Positions 47,562 to 56,695 are shown, numbered from the stretch's first letter. The stretch is DNA of 64,000 nt from Candidatus Wildermuthbacteria bacterium (GCA_037445205.1 JBBIKX010000001.1:8767-72766), one strand, 5' to 3'. Notes: generated by a model from the letters alone, not told the origin. Numbers and translations are program-made.

Positions 47562-49058
47562 ATGAGCTATATTGTTAAAATAATATTTTTTTGGAAAAGA
47601 ATTTATTTGCTGATAATGATTATCTGTTTTTCTTTATTCGCAGAGTTTGCGTTGGCAGAAGAAATTAAACAAGAAATATATGTCCCCAAAATAGAAATAG
47701 GCGATGGAATTACTCATTTAGCCAGAAAAACAATAATTGAATTTATAAAAAGAGAGGGTATTGACCCCAGAATTACGGTTCCGCACTTGGTTTATATTGA
47801 GGATCGTCTTGCGATAGAAAAAGGAAAGAAAACTATTTATTTAAAAGATTTTTCGCCAATAAATTTTTCCAGTGAAGAAATATCTAGGGCGATAAATAAA
47901 GCGTTGCTGCTTAACGAAAAGCAGATTTTAAGCTTAGAGCACTACGCTCTGTCCGTAAGCGCATATTTTGACTTAATAGTTAATAATAAGTTGCGGTTTA
48001 ATATAAAAAAAATTTCCGATTATAATTTGCCCCAGATAACCGGATTAGGATATCGCTTTATTGTTTACAAAGACAATATTTTTTTATTAGACATAGAGAA
48101 AAAAATAATGATTTTAGATATAGCGAATTCTAAAACCCCGAAGTTAATTGCCGAATTTTCTCCACCCCCTGGGGCTCGATGTAATAATCTTGCCTCTCTA
48201 CAAGACAATTTGATCGCTCTTTTTTGCTGGAATTCTTTTTCCGAGAGAATAATCTATTTTCTCGAGGTAGACAATCCTTTTGATTTGAAAATTATTTCAG
48301 AGTATAAGTTCGGCAAGGGAAATCTTATGGGAAATGCCGCTATAAAAGATTCTTTGCTTTTTTTGAGCGATTATAATCTATTTGAGGCAATAGACGTAGG
48401 CGATATTAAAACACCAAAATTAATTTTTAAACATGAATTTGATGATAGCTTTGAGCCGGTGAATATAACAAAAAAAGATAATCTTTTAATAGTCGGCTAT
48501 GATAAAAACTCTCCCCAGATCTTATGGTTGTTTGATGCCAAAAATTTTGAAATAAAAGAATTAGAAATACAAAACGAGAAAGCGATAAAACATCGCTATT
48601 TTTGGAGAAGCAGGGAAGGAAAAAACTGGCTCTTGGGTTCGCCCAGTATTTATTATTATTTTCCTTCATTGCTATTTATCAACTCCAAGGATATTTCTTT
48701 GGGAAAAAATAGCGGAATCTTGAACGTTAAGCCCTTTGAATTTCAATGTCCTTTATTAGAAAATCCAATTTTTGACTATGATAGCAAAGATGATGTCGTA
48801 TATCTTTATGTTCGCAGCCGCTATTTGAGAGACCCGACAAACAATATAACAGAATGTTGTGATGAGAATCTTTATATTTTGGATTTTAATGCTATTGGAG
48901 AAGAGCCACTAAAAGAGATTATAAATATCGGAAAATCCCCAGTTCTATTTAAAAATATGAACCTACAAAAGAGTAGATTATTTACTGTAACCGACTCCTT
49001 AACGACTTCTTGGCAAAAACTGGAAATTTATCAATTAATAAAAACTATCCATCCTTGA
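47562..49058 (+). CDS. Secreted LVIVD-repeat beta-propeller-like protein
   Basis: 498 aa with a signal peptide and repeated ...ILDIANSKTPKLIAEF / IDVGDIKTPKLIFKHE LVIVD-type motifs. Confidence 0.55.
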   Translation: MSYIVKIIFFWKRIYLLIMIICFSLFAEFALAEEIKQEIYVPKIEIGDGITHLARKTIIEFIKREGIDPRITVPHLVYIEDRLAIEKGKKTIYLKDFSPINFSSEEISRAINKALLLNEKQILSLEHYALSVSAYFDLIVNNKLRFNIKKISDYNLPQITGLGYRFIVYKDNIFLLDIEKKIMILDIANSKTPKLIAEFSPPPGARCNNLASLQDNLIALFCWNSFSERIIYFLEVDNPFDLKIISEYKFGKGNLMGNAAIKDSLLFLSDYNLFEAIDVGDIKTPKLIFKHEFDDSFEPVNITKKDNLLIVGYDKNSPQILWLFDAKNFEIKELEIQNEKAIKHRYFWRSREGKNWLLGSPSIYYYFPSLLFINSKDISLGKNSGILNVKPFEFQCPLLENPIFDYDSKDDVVYLYVRSRYLRDPTNNITECCDENLYILDFNAIGEEPLKEIINIGKSPVLFKNMNLQKSRLFTVTDSLTTSWQKLEIYQLIKTIHP

Positions 49059-49163
49059 CAGGGAATAAAAGAGGGATTATTCTAAAGCAATAAGCCCCAA
49101 AAAAGGGCTTTTAAAAAATGCGTTTATCGTCCTAAATTCCCCCTAGATTCTTTTAATAAAAAT

Positions 49164-49364
49164 ATGAATTTCTCATCTTTTCCCAAAAAGATCCTTAATT
49201 ATTTCAAAGAGGTCAAAACAGAAACAAAAAAAGTCAATTGGCCTACAAAAAAAGAAGCGACTAAATACACCTTAATTGTTATTGCTGTTATTGTTGTTGT
49301 TTCTGTCTTTCTGGGCTTTTTGGACATTATTTTTACCCTTATTTTAGATAAATTCATTTTTTAA
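49164..49364 (+). CDS. secE: Preprotein translocase subunit SecE
   Basis: 66 aa with one TM, directly upstream of nusG. Confidence 0.85.
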   Translation: MNFSSFPKKILNYFKEVKTETKKVNWPTKKEATKYTLIVIAVIVVVSVFLGFLDIIFTLILDKFIF

Positions 49365-49367
49365 ACT

Positions 49368-49913
49368 ATGCCCAAGCAACAATTGCCCGAACAGCGAAAA
49401 TGGTACGCAATCCACACATATTCGGGATATGAAGATGCGGTTTCAAGAAATCTCAAGCAGAGGATTGAGTCTTTGGGAATGGAAGATAAAATTTTCAGCG
49501 TTCTGGTTCCCAAAGAAAAAAAAATTAAAATTAAGAACGGAAAACGATATTCCATTGAAGAAAAAATTTATCCGGGATATGTTTTGGTAGAAATGATTGT
49601 CACAGACGATTCTTGGTATGTGGTCAGAAACACTCCCAATGTTACGGGATTCGTCGGCGCTGGCACTACGCCCGTGCCTCTTTCCGAAGAGGAAATATCG
49701 GTTCTGAAAAATAGGATGGAGGGAGAGACGCCCAAATACCAGATAAGTTTTAAAATAAGCGACCATGTAAAAATTATTGATGGCCCTTTCAAAGATTACG
49801 AAGGAAAGGTTTCAGAAATAAATCAAGACGAGGGAAAAATTAAGGTAATGATAAATCTATTTGGAAGAGATACGCCAGTTGAATTAGATTCCCTGCAAGC
49901 CAAAAAAATATGA
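49368..49913 (+). CDS. nusG: Transcription termination/antitermination factor NusG
   Basis: 181 aa. NGN domain (KWYAIHTYSGYE) plus KOW. Confidence 0.93.
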   Translation: MPKQQLPEQRKWYAIHTYSGYEDAVSRNLKQRIESLGMEDKIFSVLVPKEKKIKIKNGKRYSIEEKIYPGYVLVEMIVTDDSWYVVRNTPNVTGFVGAGTTPVPLSEEEISVLKNRMEGETPKYQISFKISDHVKIIDGPFKDYEGKVSEINQDEGKIKVMINLFGRDTPVELDSLQAKKI

Positions 49914-49990
49914 TTCCCGCCTTCGGCAGGACCCCGTCTTTCTCTAACGAGAAATTATGATTCCCGCCTTCGGCAGGACCCCGTCTTTCT
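49909..49990 (+). repeat. Two tandem copies of a 35-bp element (tatgattcccgccttcggcaggaccccgtctttct) with a 12-nt spacer, in the nusG-rplK intergenic
   Basis: Perfect copies at 49909-49943 and 49956-49990. Each holds a small gcc-ttc-ggc hairpin and a U-rich tail, and the first copy includes the nusG stop. Confidence 0.85.
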
Positions 49991-50006
49991 AAAAACTTTA
50001 AAAATT

Positions 50007-50429
50007 ATGAAAAAAATACAAACAAAAGTTAAACTCCATATCGCCGCCGCTCAGGCTAATCCCGCCCCTCCTATCGGTCCCGCCCTTGCGCAACACGGAA
50101 TAAACATCGCTGACTTTTGCCAGAAGTTTAATGCCGCAACTAAAAATCTGGCAGGTTATCAGATTCCTGTTGAAATATCAATATACGAGGACAGGACTTT
50201 TAATTTTAAAATAAAACAGCCCCTTGTCAGCGATCTTTTAAAAAAGGCAGCGGGCATTGAGAAAGGGTCGGGCGAGCCGAATAAAATTAAGGCTGGAATA
50301 ATCACCAAAGAGCAGTTAAAAGAGATTGCCCAGAAGAAATTAGACGATTTAAACACAAAAAACATTGATGCCGCAATGAAAATTATTGAAGGACAGGCAA
50401 GATCAATGGGAATTGAAATTAAAAATTAG
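50007..50429 (+). CDS. rplK: 50S ribosomal protein L11
   Basis: 140 aa with [22 protein letters not shown]. It is not followed by rplA. Confidence 0.95.
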   Translation: MKKIQTKVKLHIAAAQANPAPPIGPALAQHGINIADFCQKFNAATKNLAGYQIPVEISIYEDRTFNFKIKQPLVSDLLKKAAGIEKGSGEPNKIKAGIITKEQLKEIAQKKLDDLNTKNIDAAMKIIEGQARSMGIEIKN

Positions 50430-50434
50430 TTTTT

Positions 50435-51265
50435 ATGACCCAGTTTGACGAGCAGTATAAACAAGCAATCTGGGAAGTAATGAACGGAGGTACGGAAATT
50501 TACAGCGCAAGACAGAAATGTCATACCAAAGCTTTTCCGGGCATAACCTTTAATTTAGACAAAGGATTTCCTCTGCTTACTTTGAGAAAAATTCCTGTTA
50601 AAATTTTTGTCGCTGAACAATTCTGGTTTTTGATGGGCGAAAAAGACCCCAAGGTTTTTTTAAAAAAATTTACTGCCATATGGGATGATTTTGCCGATCA
50701 AAATGGATTAGTTTTGGGCGCTTATGGCTATCGCTGGAGGAAGCATTTTGGGAAAGATCAAATAGCCAATTTGTTGAGCCTTCTTTCCCAGGATCCAAGT
50801 TCGCGTCACGGAGTTGTGGTGGCGTGGGATCCCTCAGACGACATCAGGACCCTTGATTCAAAAAAGAAAAACGTTCCCTGCCCCTATACTTTCACTGTTA
50901 ATATTATCGGCAATAAGCTTCATATTCATATTATTATAAGGTCAAACGATATGATTCTTGGCTGTCCTCACGATATTGCGGGATTTGCGCTTTTGCAAAG
51001 GATTTTGGCCGGAAAGCTGGGGGTAAAGACAGGAAAGCTTACTTGTTCCATCAGCAATGCCCACATTTACGATATTCATTACAATGCGGCATGGGAGATG
51101 CTTGAAAGAAAAAACAATCATCCCGAAATTATTTTGGACGCAGAAGAAAATTGGTTTGACAGGGCGGAGAAGGGAGATGAATCGCTTGCTCAAGAAATTA
51201 TAGATACCATTGCAAGACAATATAGCCCGATGAATCCCATTAAGGGCTTAAAAATTATTTTATAA
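50435..51265 (+). CDS. thyA: Thymidylate-synthase-family enzyme with Asn177(E. coli)->Asp and RSND motif (possible cytosine-nucleotide C5-modifying enzyme)
   Basis: 276 aa. TS fold motifs: FPLLTLRK, AEQFWFLMGE, catalytic VPCP, IIRSNDMILGCPHDIAGF, SNAHIYDIH. A gap-free 22-residue alignment from the catalytic PC puts D where all TS enzymes have N (LPFNIAS). Confidence 0.8.
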   Translation: MTQFDEQYKQAIWEVMNGGTEIYSARQKCHTKAFPGITFNLDKGFPLLTLRKIPVKIFVAEQFWFLMGEKDPKVFLKKFTAIWDDFADQNGLVLGAYGYRWRKHFGKDQIANLLSLLSQDPSSRHGVVVAWDPSDDIRTLDSKKKNVPCPYTFTVNIIGNKLHIHIIIRSNDMILGCPHDIAGFALLQRILAGKLGVKTGKLTCSISNAHIYDIHYNAAWEMLERKNNHPEIILDAEENWFDRAEKGDESLAQEIIDTIARQYSPMNPIKGLKIIL

Positions 51266-51270
51266 ATTAT

Positions 51271-51777
51271 ATGAAAATAATTTTAGTAATGGCAATCACG
51301 CTTGATGGGAAAATTGCCAAGACAAAAGACCATTTTCCAAACTGGACGTCAAAGGAGGATAAAAACTTCTTTGCCAAAATTTCAAAAAAGCACAAGGTCG
51401 TCTTAATGGGAAAGAACACTTTTGATACCTTCAAAAAACCGCTCAAAGACAGATTAAATGTGGTTTTTACAAATAAAAAAAATCTGGCGAAGATAAAAAA
51501 TGTAATGTGGGTTTCGGGCAAAATAAGTCCGATTTTAAAAAAGCTGGAAAAGAGGGGATATAAATCGGCGGTTCTTGGCGGAGGAGCAATGTTGAACGCA
51601 GAGTTCTTAAAGGAAAAATTGATAGATGAGGTTATAGTCACAATCAATCCCAAAATCTTTGGGCGAGGGATATCTTTGTTTGAAGGAGATTTTGATATTG
51701 ATTTAAAACTTTTAAAAGTGGAAAATATTAATAAAGATACGATAGCTCTTCGTTATAGGCCGGTGTTTTGTAATTAA
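51271..51777 (+). CDS. folA: Dihydrofolate reductase
   Basis: 168 aa starting MKIILVMAITLDGKIAK... with DHFR GG motifs. Confidence 0.88.
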   Translation: MKIILVMAITLDGKIAKTKDHFPNWTSKEDKNFFAKISKKHKVVLMGKNTFDTFKKPLKDRLNVVFTNKKNLAKIKNVMWVSGKISPILKKLEKRGYKSAVLGGGAMLNAEFLKEKLIDEVIVTINPKIFGRGISLFEGDFDIDLKLLKVENINKDTIALRYRPVFCN

Positions 51778-51786
51778 ATTAAAAAT

Positions 51787-52443
51787 ATGCCCCTATCAAA
51801 ACCTGAAATCATAAAATCCATCCAAGAAGAGAAAATTAAATTTGAACCGTCTCTTGATAAATTTCAGCTTCAGCCCCATTCCATTGATTTGCGGCTTGGT
51901 TGGAATTTTTATATACCAAAAAACTGGGCAATCACGGAAAAGGGAAGGGTTGGCGTAAGTATTGATTATTTGGACACGCAATCCCAAAAAGACAACTTTG
52001 ATTTAATCAAATTAAAACCCGGTCAGTATTTTGAAATTTTGCCAAAAGAATTCATTATTGCTTCGACAATGGAAAAGGTGGTTATAGAAGCCGATAAGCT
52101 AATGGCATTGTTGTATCCCAGAAGCTCTTTTACAAGAAAAGGGTTGTTCATTGCCAGCGGAATCGTTGATGTAAAATACAGCGGATATCTGGCTCTTTCA
52201 GTGATAAACAATACAGAAACCCAGATTATAAGGCTATATCCGGGCGAAAGAGTGTGCCAGCTGGTCTTTCATTTTTTAAGCTCTGCTTTGTCGCCAGAAG
52301 AGGCAATTAAGCACGGGATAAGCGATTCCAAATATTTAAAAGCGGCTCCTTATTCTCTTGAGGCAAAAAGCGACAATCAGGAAGAAATAGATCTAATCAG
52401 ATTTGGAAAGATTGGCGAATTGAAAGAAAAATTCAAATTATAA
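51787..52443 (+). CDS. dcd: dCTP deaminase / dUTPase-family protein
   Basis: 218 aa. HSIDLRLG...RSSFTRKGL...GYLALSVIN aligns with E. coli Dcd. Confidence 0.8.
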   Translation: MPLSKPEIIKSIQEEKIKFEPSLDKFQLQPHSIDLRLGWNFYIPKNWAITEKGRVGVSIDYLDTQSQKDNFDLIKLKPGQYFEILPKEFIIASTMEKVVIEADKLMALLYPRSSFTRKGLFIASGIVDVKYSGYLALSVINNTETQIIRLYPGERVCQLVFHFLSSALSPEEAIKHGISDSKYLKAAPYSLEAKSDNQEEIDLIRFGKIGELKEKFKL

Positions 52444-52449
52444 AAGCCG

Positions 52450-52908
52450 ATGGGAAAAGAAGGAATAAAATATCCCTATTTGCCGGAAGCAAGAGAAATA
52501 AAATTTGTTTCAGAAAAAAATATTTTTATCAGGGAGGCGAAGAAAATTTGCAAAAAGAAAGGATGCATTGCGCATCCAACAGGGGCGGTTTTGGTCAAAA
52601 AGAATAAAATCATAGGGAAGGGGACTAACGCCGCAAAAAAAATAAAAGATTGTCCAAGGGCTTTGAAAAAAAGCAAGACCGGCCAAGATTATCATTTATG
52701 CAAAAAAATTTGCCTGCAGGAAGGACACGCAGAAGCGATGGCGATTAAAAGCGCAAAAGAAAAAAAGGAGAAAATCAGAGGAGCAGATTTATATCTTTAT
52801 GGCCATTGGTGGTGCTGTAAAGATTGTTGGGATAAAATCATCAAAGAAGGGATAGGAGAGGTTTATTTAATTGAAAACGCTTTTGATAAATTTCATAAGC
52901 GAATATGA
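52450..52908 (+). CDS. dCMP deaminase (ComEB-type cytidylate deaminase family)
   Basis: 152 aa with HAE...C-x2-C zinc motifs (GHAEAMAI, WCCKDC). Confidence 0.8.
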   Translation: MGKEGIKYPYLPEAREIKFVSEKNIFIREAKKICKKKGCIAHPTGAVLVKKNKIIGKGTNAAKKIKDCPRALKKSKTGQDYHLCKKICLQEGHAEAMAIKSAKEKKEKIRGADLYLYGHWWCCKDCWDKIIKEGIGEVYLIENAFDKFHKRI

Positions 52909-53540
52909 AAAAAAATCCTTATCTTGGAAAATTCATAGTTTTTGAAGGGCTGGACGGGTCCGGACAAAGCACCCAAGCATCAAAACTGGTGGATTATTTC
53001 AATGAAAAAAACCAGATATTTAAATTTGGGCATACCGGAGCGCATCTTACCAAAGAGCCGACATCCGGAATTATTGGAGGATTAATCAGGGGCCAGCTAT
53101 CTTTTGACTGGAAATCTTCTCAAGAATGCCTCCAGCTTTTATTTGCGGCAGATCGGGCGTACCATCTAGAAAAGGAGATTTTGCCTCTTTTGGAAATGGG
53201 CGTAACGGTGGTTTGCGATCGTTATTTTTTTTCTTCTTGCGCCTTCGGGGCGCTGGAGGCCGATCAGGAATGGCTTTTAAAAATCAATGAAAAGTTTCTT
53301 TTGCCTGATTTGATATTCCTGCTTGCTGTTTCTCCCAAAATCTGCATTGAAAGAATAAAAAGAAATCGTTTTGAAATAAATCTTTTTGAAAACGAAGAAA
53401 TATTAAAAAATGTGTGGGAGAAATACTTGATATTGGCACATCAAAATAAAAACACGCATATTATAGACGGGGAACGGCCGATCAATGAGATTTTTGAGGA
53501 GATTAAAGAAATAACTGATAGGAAATTTAACCAACGATGA
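52905..53540 (+). CDS. tmk: Thymidylate (dTMP) kinase
   Basis: 211 aa with P-loop FEGLDGSGQSTQ and LID region. Confidence 0.9.
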   Translation: MKKNPYLGKFIVFEGLDGSGQSTQASKLVDYFNEKNQIFKFGHTGAHLTKEPTSGIIGGLIRGQLSFDWKSSQECLQLLFAADRAYHLEKEILPLLEMGVTVVCDRYFFSSCAFGALEADQEWLLKINEKFLLPDLIFLLAVSPKICIERIKRNRFEINLFENEEILKNVWEKYLILAHQNKNTHIIDGERPINEIFEEIKEITDRKFNQR

Positions 53541-55024
53541 TAAATTCATCAAAAAAATATATTCCCGTCATCGGGCTTGAAATACATACGGAATTAAAAA
53601 CTAATTCCAAAATGTTTTGCGGGTGCAAAAACGATTCGCAGGAAAAAGAAGCGAATTTGAATATTTGTCCTGTTTGCATGGGTCATCCCGGCACTCTCCC
53701 CGTTATAAACAAAACAGCGATTCGTTTTGTCATAAAAACAGGGATTGCTCTGAATTGTAAAATTACAAAAGAGTCGCGATTTGAAAGAAAAAATTATTTT
53801 TATCCCGATCTTCCAAAAGGATATCAGATTTCTCAATACAAAGAGCCGTTTTGTTTTAATGGCTTTTTAAAAATAAATAATAAAAAAATAAGAATTAGAA
53901 GGGTTCATTTGGAAGAAGATACTGCCCGCCTGATACACTCCAAAAATGGATATTCGCTGATTGATTTCAACCGCGCCGGCATTCCTTTAATGGAGCTTGT
54001 AACGGAGCCGGACATAGAATCTTCTAAAGAGGCATCAGACTTCGCAAAAAAACTTCAGTTGATCCTGAGATATTTAAATGTTTCCAGCGCTGACATGGAA
54101 AAAGGGCAATTGAGAGTGGAGGCAAATATTTCATTAATAAACGCAAATTTTAAAGCAAAAAACGCAAAACTAGGAACAAAGGTGGAGATCAAAAATTTAA
54201 ATTCGTTTAGGGCAGTTGAGAGGGCGATAGAATATGAAATAGAAAGGCAAAAGGAGTTACTATTAAATGATGAGAGGGTGGCGCAGGAAACAAGAGGATG
54301 GGATCCTCAATCAGAAAGAACCTTTCCCCAGAGAGAAAAAGAAGAGGCGCATGATTACCGCTACTTTCCAGAGCCGGATTTGCCCCAGATTTATATAAAA
54401 AAAGACTATCTGGAGGCGATAAAAAAAGGAATTCCCGAACTTCCCGATCAAAAAATAAAAAGATTAAAAGAAGAATTTTTTGTTAACGAACAATCAGCCC
54501 AGATTCTTGTCTCTAACAGAGATTTAAGCGAGTATTTTGAAAAATCGGCAAGCGAGCTTTTAAGATGGTCAAAAGACAAAAGATTAGATCAAAAGAGCCA
54601 AAAAGAATTGATACAGAGCGCCGCCAACTATCTTTTGACAGATTTACTCGGCTGTCTTTCAGGGAAAGAATTTTCAGAAAAAGATTTTCCCATAACGCCT
54701 GAAAATTTCGGAGAGTTTATCGCTCTTGTCCGCGATAAAAAATTCACAAGCAAAATGGCAAAAATTCTTTTAGGAGAGATGTTTGATTCCGGCCAAGATC
54801 CCTCAACCATAATAAAAAAAAGAGGATTAATCCAGACGGACAACGAAGATGAGATTAAAAAAATAGTGCAAAAAATAATTTCATCAAATCCTCGGGCATT
54901 TGAAGATTATAAAAAAGGAAAAGAAAATGCTCTTCAATTCATGATTGGACAAATGATGAAAGAAACTAAAGGCACTATAAATCCCCAGATGGCAAAGAAA
55001 GCGTTGATTGATTTTTTAAAATAA
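53537..55024 (+). CDS. gatB: Glutamyl/aspartyl-tRNA amidotransferase subunit B
   Basis: 495 aa. N-terminal GLEIHTELKT...CGC...CPVC motifs and GatB/YqeY tail. Confidence 0.93.
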   Translation: MINSSKKYIPVIGLEIHTELKTNSKMFCGCKNDSQEKEANLNICPVCMGHPGTLPVINKTAIRFVIKTGIALNCKITKESRFERKNYFYPDLPKGYQISQYKEPFCFNGFLKINNKKIRIRRVHLEEDTARLIHSKNGYSLIDFNRAGIPLMELVTEPDIESSKEASDFAKKLQLILRYLNVSSADMEKGQLRVEANISLINANFKAKNAKLGTKVEIKNLNSFRAVERAIEYEIERQKELLLNDERVAQETRGWDPQSERTFPQREKEEAHDYRYFPEPDLPQIYIKKDYLEAIKKGIPELPDQKIKRLKEEFFVNEQSAQILVSNRDLSEYFEKSASELLRWSKDKRLDQKSQKELIQSAANYLLTDLLGCLSGKEFSEKDFPITPENFGEFIALVRDKKFTSKMAKILLGEMFDSGQDPSTIIKKRGLIQTDNEDEIKKIVQKIISSNPRAFEDYKKGKENALQFMIGQMMKETKGTINPQMAKKALIDFLK

Positions 55025-55135
55025 TATATAATACTTAAAATCCAGAATAAGGAGGTGGTCGCCGGGATACAGTCCAAAGAGGGCGAGGGGCGTTTTCGGA
55101 AGCAAAACCGGATCTTTCTTGCGAAAGGAGCATCG

Positions 55136-55333
55136 ATGCCAGCAGTAAATCTTGTTAACGTGGCGAGGTCATTGCCGGACGAAGAGGCGGAGAGGCTTTT
55201 GCTCATCGAGCAAAGCAATCCTGATTGCCTCAGGGCGCTTTTTGCGGTCGTTCTGAGCGCCGGAACGCTGGAAAAAGCTGTTCCTCTGATCCAACGAGTT
55301 CTTGCTGGCGCACCCTTGTTTCCGGGCGGATGA
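55136..55333 (+). CDS. Small hypothetical protein (65 aa) in GC-rich cassette C; start uncertain
   Basis: Inside a GC-rich segment that begins with AAGGAGGTG (55049-55057) but has no start codon at the right spacing. An internal aaaggag-N5-ATG sits at 55136. The ORF ends at a TGA followed by a perfect terminator. Confidence 0.4.
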   Translation: MPAVNLVNVARSLPDEEAERLLLIEQSNPDCLRALFAVVLSAGTLEKAVPLIQRVLAGAPLFPGG

Positions 55334-56341
55334 AACTGGATGGGGCTCCCTTCGGGAGCCCCCTTGTTTTGTTAAAAAAGTATTTATTATTTTTCTGGCT
55401 TTTTTTTTATCCCCAACCCAATTTACTCTTTTGTCTTTTTTAAACCAGGTTATTTGTCTTTTGGCGTAACTTTCAATTGCTTTTTGGAGCATTCCGACCA
55501 TTTCATCATAGCCAATTTTTTTTTGAAGATAGCAAGCAATATATCTGTATTCCAATCCAAATTCTTCAAGCCGTTTCCAGGAAACGCCGTCTTTTCTTAG
55601 CGCTCTGACCTCTTTTATCATCCCCTGATTTAATCTTTTGTATAGCCGTTTTCTGATTAAATTTTTTAGCTCTTTTTTTTCTTTCTTGATGCCGATAATG
55701 AGCAAATCAAACAATTGGCTTTTTTTTATGACGGGTACCGGTTTTTTTGATTTCAAAACTATTTCAATTGCCCGGATTAATCTGCGGGGATTTTTTTTAT
55801 CAATAATTTTTGCCCGCCGCGGGTCCAGTTTTTTTAACATTTGATAAAGCTGGTTTGGCAATTTTTTTTCCAGTTTTTTCCTTAATTTCCAGTCCGGCGG
55901 AATTTTTGGGATGACGATTCCGTCAACGACTGATTGAATATAGAATCCGGTGCCGCCGCAAAGAATGGGCAGCTTATTTCTCTTATGGATTTCCCTTATT
56001 TTTTTTAATGCCATTTTTTGATACTGGGCGACCGTAAATTTCCTTTTTGGAGAAGCAACATCCAAAAGATGATGTTGGATGCCTCTATAAAGATATGACT
56101 GTTTTGAAATTTGAGATTTAGGACTTGGAGTTTGTTTAGAAATTAGAAATTTGGAATTAGAAATTTTATCTCGTGGAACCTTCCCGGTTCCGATATCCAT
56201 TTTGCGATAAACCTGACGGGAATCGGCCGAAATCACCTCTCCGTTAAAATTTTTTGCCAGTGCTACCGCCAAATCGCTTTTTCCCGAAGCAGTGGGTCCA
56301 AGAATAACTAACAATATTTTTCGGTCCGTTTTTTTTGACAT
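55169..56341 (-). CDS. miaA: tRNA dimethylallyltransferase; about the last 70 codons read antisense through GC-rich cassette C (an insert-derived C-terminal extension or lost stop)
   Basis: P-loop ILGPTASGKS and MiaA core. The lysine-rich host-like tail ...NWVGDKKKARKIINTFLTKQ is followed by the GC-rich-encoded GGSRREPHPVSS... Confidence 0.8.
   Translation of the reverse strand: MSKKTDRKILLVILGPTASGKSDLAVALAKNFNGEVISADSRQVYRKMDIGTGKVPRDKISNSKFLISKQTPSPKSQISKQSYLYRGIQHHLLDVASPKRKFTVAQYQKMALKKIREIHKRNKLPILCGGTGFYIQSVVDGIVIPKIPPDWKLRKKLEKKLPNQLYQMLKKLDPRRAKIIDKKNPRRLIRAIEIVLKSKKPVPVIKKSQLFDLLIIGIKKEKKELKNLIRKRLYKRLNQGMIKEVRALRKDGVSWKRLEEFGLEYRYIACYLQKKIGYDEMVGMLQKAIESYAKRQITWFKKDKRVNWVGDKKKARKIINTFLTKQGGSRREPHPVSSARKQGCASKNSLDQRNSFFQRSGAQNDRKKRPEAIRIALLDEQKPLRLFVRQ
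55342..55374 (+). terminator. Rho-independent terminator with UUCG tetraloop (ggggctccc-ttcg-gggagcccc-cttgttttgtt)
   Basis: A 9-bp perfect stem with a T-rich tail. It lies antisense inside the extended miaA reading frame. Confidence 0.75.
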
Positions 56342-56363
56342 AATCCCAAGAATATTATATCAT
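56335..56363 (+). promoter_or_regulatory. Consensus sigma70 promoter TTGACA-17-TATCAT of cassette D
   Basis: The -35 box at 56335-56340 overlaps the miaA ATG on the opposite strand. The -10 box is at 56358-56363, followed by tataaatcccaaaaAGGAGGTGgttaATG. Confidence 0.6.
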
Positions 56364-56389
56364 TATAAATCCCAAAAAGGAGGTGGTTA

Positions 56390-56683
56390 ATGTCGTATTA
56401 TTTAGCAATAATGTTTATGTTGCTAAGCGCAGGCTTTGCAAGTGCGGGGTTTAGGGTGATCCGTTATGCCCTTCGAGGAAAGCTGACAGGCACTATGCTT
56501 GATAGAGGCATGATACTCGGTACTGTCATCGTGCTTGTTGGAGTGGGGCTCGCCACGATTCCCATCATCTTCCAGAGCGGGATAAGATGGTGGTGTCTTG
56601 CGCTGGCGCTTGTGGAGGCAGTGGTCTGTATTGGGCTCTGGATGCTGCATGTCTTCTCGTCTGCGTCAATGGATTCACCCTAA
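56390..56683 (+). CDS. Small integral membrane protein, about 3 TM (GC-rich cassette D)
   Basis: 97 aa. A perfect SD AAGGAGGTG sits 4 nt before the ATG. Hydrophobic and GC-rich. Confidence 0.6.
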   Translation: MSYYLAIMFMLLSAGFASAGFRVIRYALRGKLTGTMLDRGMILGTVIVLVGVGLATIPIIFQSGIRWWCLALALVEAVVCIGLWMLHVFSSASMDSP

Positions 56684-56695
56684 GGCGTGGATTGC

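Noticed and set aside
55055-55443. ORF-track start of the cassette C ORF at 55055 (GTG inside the SD) and ORF 55225..55443+
   Set aside because: A start codon embedded in the SD itself is implausible, so the internal ATG at 55136 is preferred. The 55225 ORF is an alternative frame across the terminator.
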